DNA from: Eledone cirrhosa
Lineage: Eukaryota
Direction: 5' to 3'
Assembly: GCA_964016885.1 (NCBI GenBank)
Contig: OZ024750.1
Location: 42,470,001 to 42,534,000, forward strand
Length of the DNA stretch: 64,000 nucleotides
Positions 61,546 through 64,000 of the stretch are shown in pieces. The number at the start of each line of letters is the position of its first letter. Position 1 is the first letter of the stretch. The translations under genes and the position numbers were made by a program. The notes below the pieces were generated by a model. The model was not told where the DNA came from. It ran no database searches and saw only the letters and a program-made list of their open reading frames with translations.

Positions 61546-62326
61546 CTGCATGGCAGTGAGACCTGGGCATTGTGTGCAGAGGATATACGCAGACTAGAGA
61601 GGAACGAAGCTTGCATGCTCCGCTGGATGTGTAACAGTAATATACGTGAACGGCAAAGCATAAACGAACTAAGGAATAAATTAGAGATAAGAGGGATCAG
61701 ATGTTGTTTACTCGAGAGAAGGCTACGTTGGTATGGACACGTGATGCGCATGAAAGTCGATAGCTGTATAACAAAGTGCAGGGCAATAAAGATAGACGGT
61801 AGTCACGGAATAGGCAGACCTAGAAAAACCTGGGACGAGCTGATAAACTCCGACATCACACACTTACACCTCTCCAAGACAATGTCACTGGACCGAGACC
61901 TTTGGCGGTACTCAGTAACAGAGAAGACCCGCCTTACCTAAATATATAGTAAAACCTACTCCAGCCAGTAGGCATCTCTAACAAATACACCCCGTCCCAC
62001 CACCCCCACCCGATCCACACCCCCCCGTTCTATGTAAAGTTATGTTGGTGCCGCGCCATCGAGGCCGAAACAAATGAGATCGTGTAGGTGTCACGACAAA
62101 AAAACACACAGTCCACGCTGTAATGTGGCCGTGTAGGCAACACGGTAAAAACCTCCCAGACCCACACTGTAAATGTGGTTGGTGTTAGGAAGGGCATCCA
62201 ACTGTAGAAAACCTGCCAGACAGTCCTATGCGAGCAAGACAATCACTCTTGCCTCAAGTGGGACTACCCCCGTCCAAACCCATGCAAGCGTGGAACACGG
62301 ACGTTAAACGCTGATGATGATGATGA
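61546..62326 (+). mobile_element. RTE 3' end copy
   Basis: HGSETW...RRLRWYGHV...GRPRKTW plus 3'UTR and (GAT)n tail. Inserted in (TA)n. Confidence 0.9.
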
Positions 62327-62534
62327 TATATATACATATACAAATGCGAGAAAGTTCTTCAACCCAAGTTAACCAGGAATCTCTAAAATTCTTCCAACAG
62401 AAGTTAACAAAGAACTTACTGGATCTACCAACTCATAATATTATAATATTATATTATAACATTAAATCATAAAATTTTTTTTACACTACAAGTGAAGTCA
62501 TTCTTTTCCTTTTTTTCAAATATATATATATATA

Positions 62535-62610
<76 letters not shown>

Positions 62611-62656
62611 TACATATACATATATACATACACACCATGATGTAAGCCATAACATG

Positions 62657-62702
<46 letters not shown>

Positions 62703-62723
62703 GACACAAACACACAGACACAT

Positions 62724-62815
<92 letters not shown>

Positions 62816-63059
62816 TAAAATGTAGCTAAACATAAAGGTATAGAACATCTTACTAAAGAGCCAGAAGCACATTTTAAAAAAGCTAAGAAAACGAAAAAAA
62901 GAAAATTTAAAAAACGATCCAATATAATATTTTTTTTTAATCCAAACAAAATCCTTTTAAATCCACAAGTTGTATTTGATATAAGATATTTAAGCAGCAG
63001 TTTTACTTCATCACCCATTTGACTATACTTCTAAACATTAACTGATCCTGAATAAATAT

Positions 63060-63345
63060 CTGCTAAGACACACAAAAACACAGGAAAATACAACAAAAAA
63101 TACATAAAACACAAAATAAAGAAAACAAAAAACACACACAAAATACAAAAATCACGCACAAAAAAAGAAAAACAAAATAAACAACAACAAAACTCCACAA
63201 AAATACAACAAAAACAACAACAAAACAACAACAAAACCCCACAAAAATACAACAACAAAAACAACAACAAAACAACAACAAAACCCCACAAAAATACAAC
63301 AACAAAAACAACAACAAAACAACAACAAAACCCCACAAAAATACA
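63060..63345. repeat. A/C-rich low-complexity repeat (CAAAA/CAA)
   Basis: Degenerate units of about 45-48 bp. Confidence 0.85.
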
Positions 63346-63596
63346 ACATTCTTGGAGAACTTTCTCACATTCGTCGGTGGCGGTGGTGATTGTCAACTCA
63401 GTTTGACAATCGCCATCGCCACCGAGTAAGTTCTCCAAGAATGTAAACCAGGAATCTTTAAAATTCTTCCCACAGAAGTTAACAAAGAACTTACTAGAGT
63501 CTACCAACTCATAATATTATAATATAATAAAATTAAATCAAATTATTTAGAACTACAAGTGAAGTCATTCTTTTCATTTTTTTTCAAATATATATA

Positions 63597-63650
63597 TATA
63601 TATATTTCAAGGGTACCAAAAATTTTGGTACGCTATCATCAGAAAAAATA
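63597..63650 (-). ncRNA. Hammerhead ribozyme copy of the 29105 family, lacking the 3' strand of stem I
   Basis: TATTTTTT-CTGATGA-TAGCGTACCAAAATTTTTGGTACCCTT-GAAA-TATATA... merging into (TA)n. Confidence 0.6.
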
Positions 63651-63657
63651 CGAAGTG

Positions 63658-63706
<49 letters not shown>

Positions 63707-63741
63707 TGTGAGAAAAACCACAGACCCTCCATCTCAACTCA

Positions 63742-63779
63742 CCTTTTGAAAAGCAGAAGAACTGCGAAACCGGTAAAGG
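63742..63779 (+). ncRNA. Decayed minimal hammerhead ribozyme
   Basis: CCTT-TTGAAAA(mutated core)-GCAG-AAGAA-CTGC-GAAA-CCGG-TA-AAGG, then AATAAA. Confidence 0.45.
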
Positions 63780-63848
63780 AACCAAATAAATATATATATT
63801 TTATAAAAAAATAAGACCCCACTTGCATTTTCGATTTCATCTGTGCCT

Positions 63849-63910
<62 letters not shown>

Positions 63911-64000
63911 TTTTATTTGCCACTAGGGCATCAAAAGTGGGACAAGTACAAAGGGGGGAGCTTACACAAAAAGGCGTCCTCAATAAGGAGAAGGCAATAA

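Overview
AT-rich eukaryotic DNA with no host protein-coding gene that I can support. The mix of (TA)n microsatellites, tRNA-derived SINEs and RTE elements suggests an animal, possibly a cephalopod such as Octopus (inference only). Nearly all ORFs in the supplied track are translations of microsatellites. Supported content: (1) a 5'-truncated, frameshifted Penelope-like retroelement (RT plus C-terminal GIY-YIG, Naiad-like) with an inverted pseudo-LTR at about 10.6-13.4 kb, and a second GIY-YIG remnant at about 27.4-27.9 kb; (2) RTE-clade LINE fragments with a PHD-like Cys/His insert; (3) two tRNA-SINE families, piggyBac-like and TcMar-like MITEs, and several foldback elements; (4) many minisatellites, some traceable to transposon pieces. 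The main hidden signal is about 19 type I hammerhead-ribozyme (HHR) motifs (intact, truncated or decayed, plus two 3' halves) from about 12 sequence families. They sit in short non-coding units beside (TA)n tracts, in tandem, inverted or palindromic arrangements, including a 466-bp retrozyme-like tandem array. Six unrelated HHRs share a pyrimidine mismatch (C-C in five) at position 4 of stem II. An ATTACATTGAG-like motif recurs downstream of four HHRs. All structures were folded by eye and no activity is shown.
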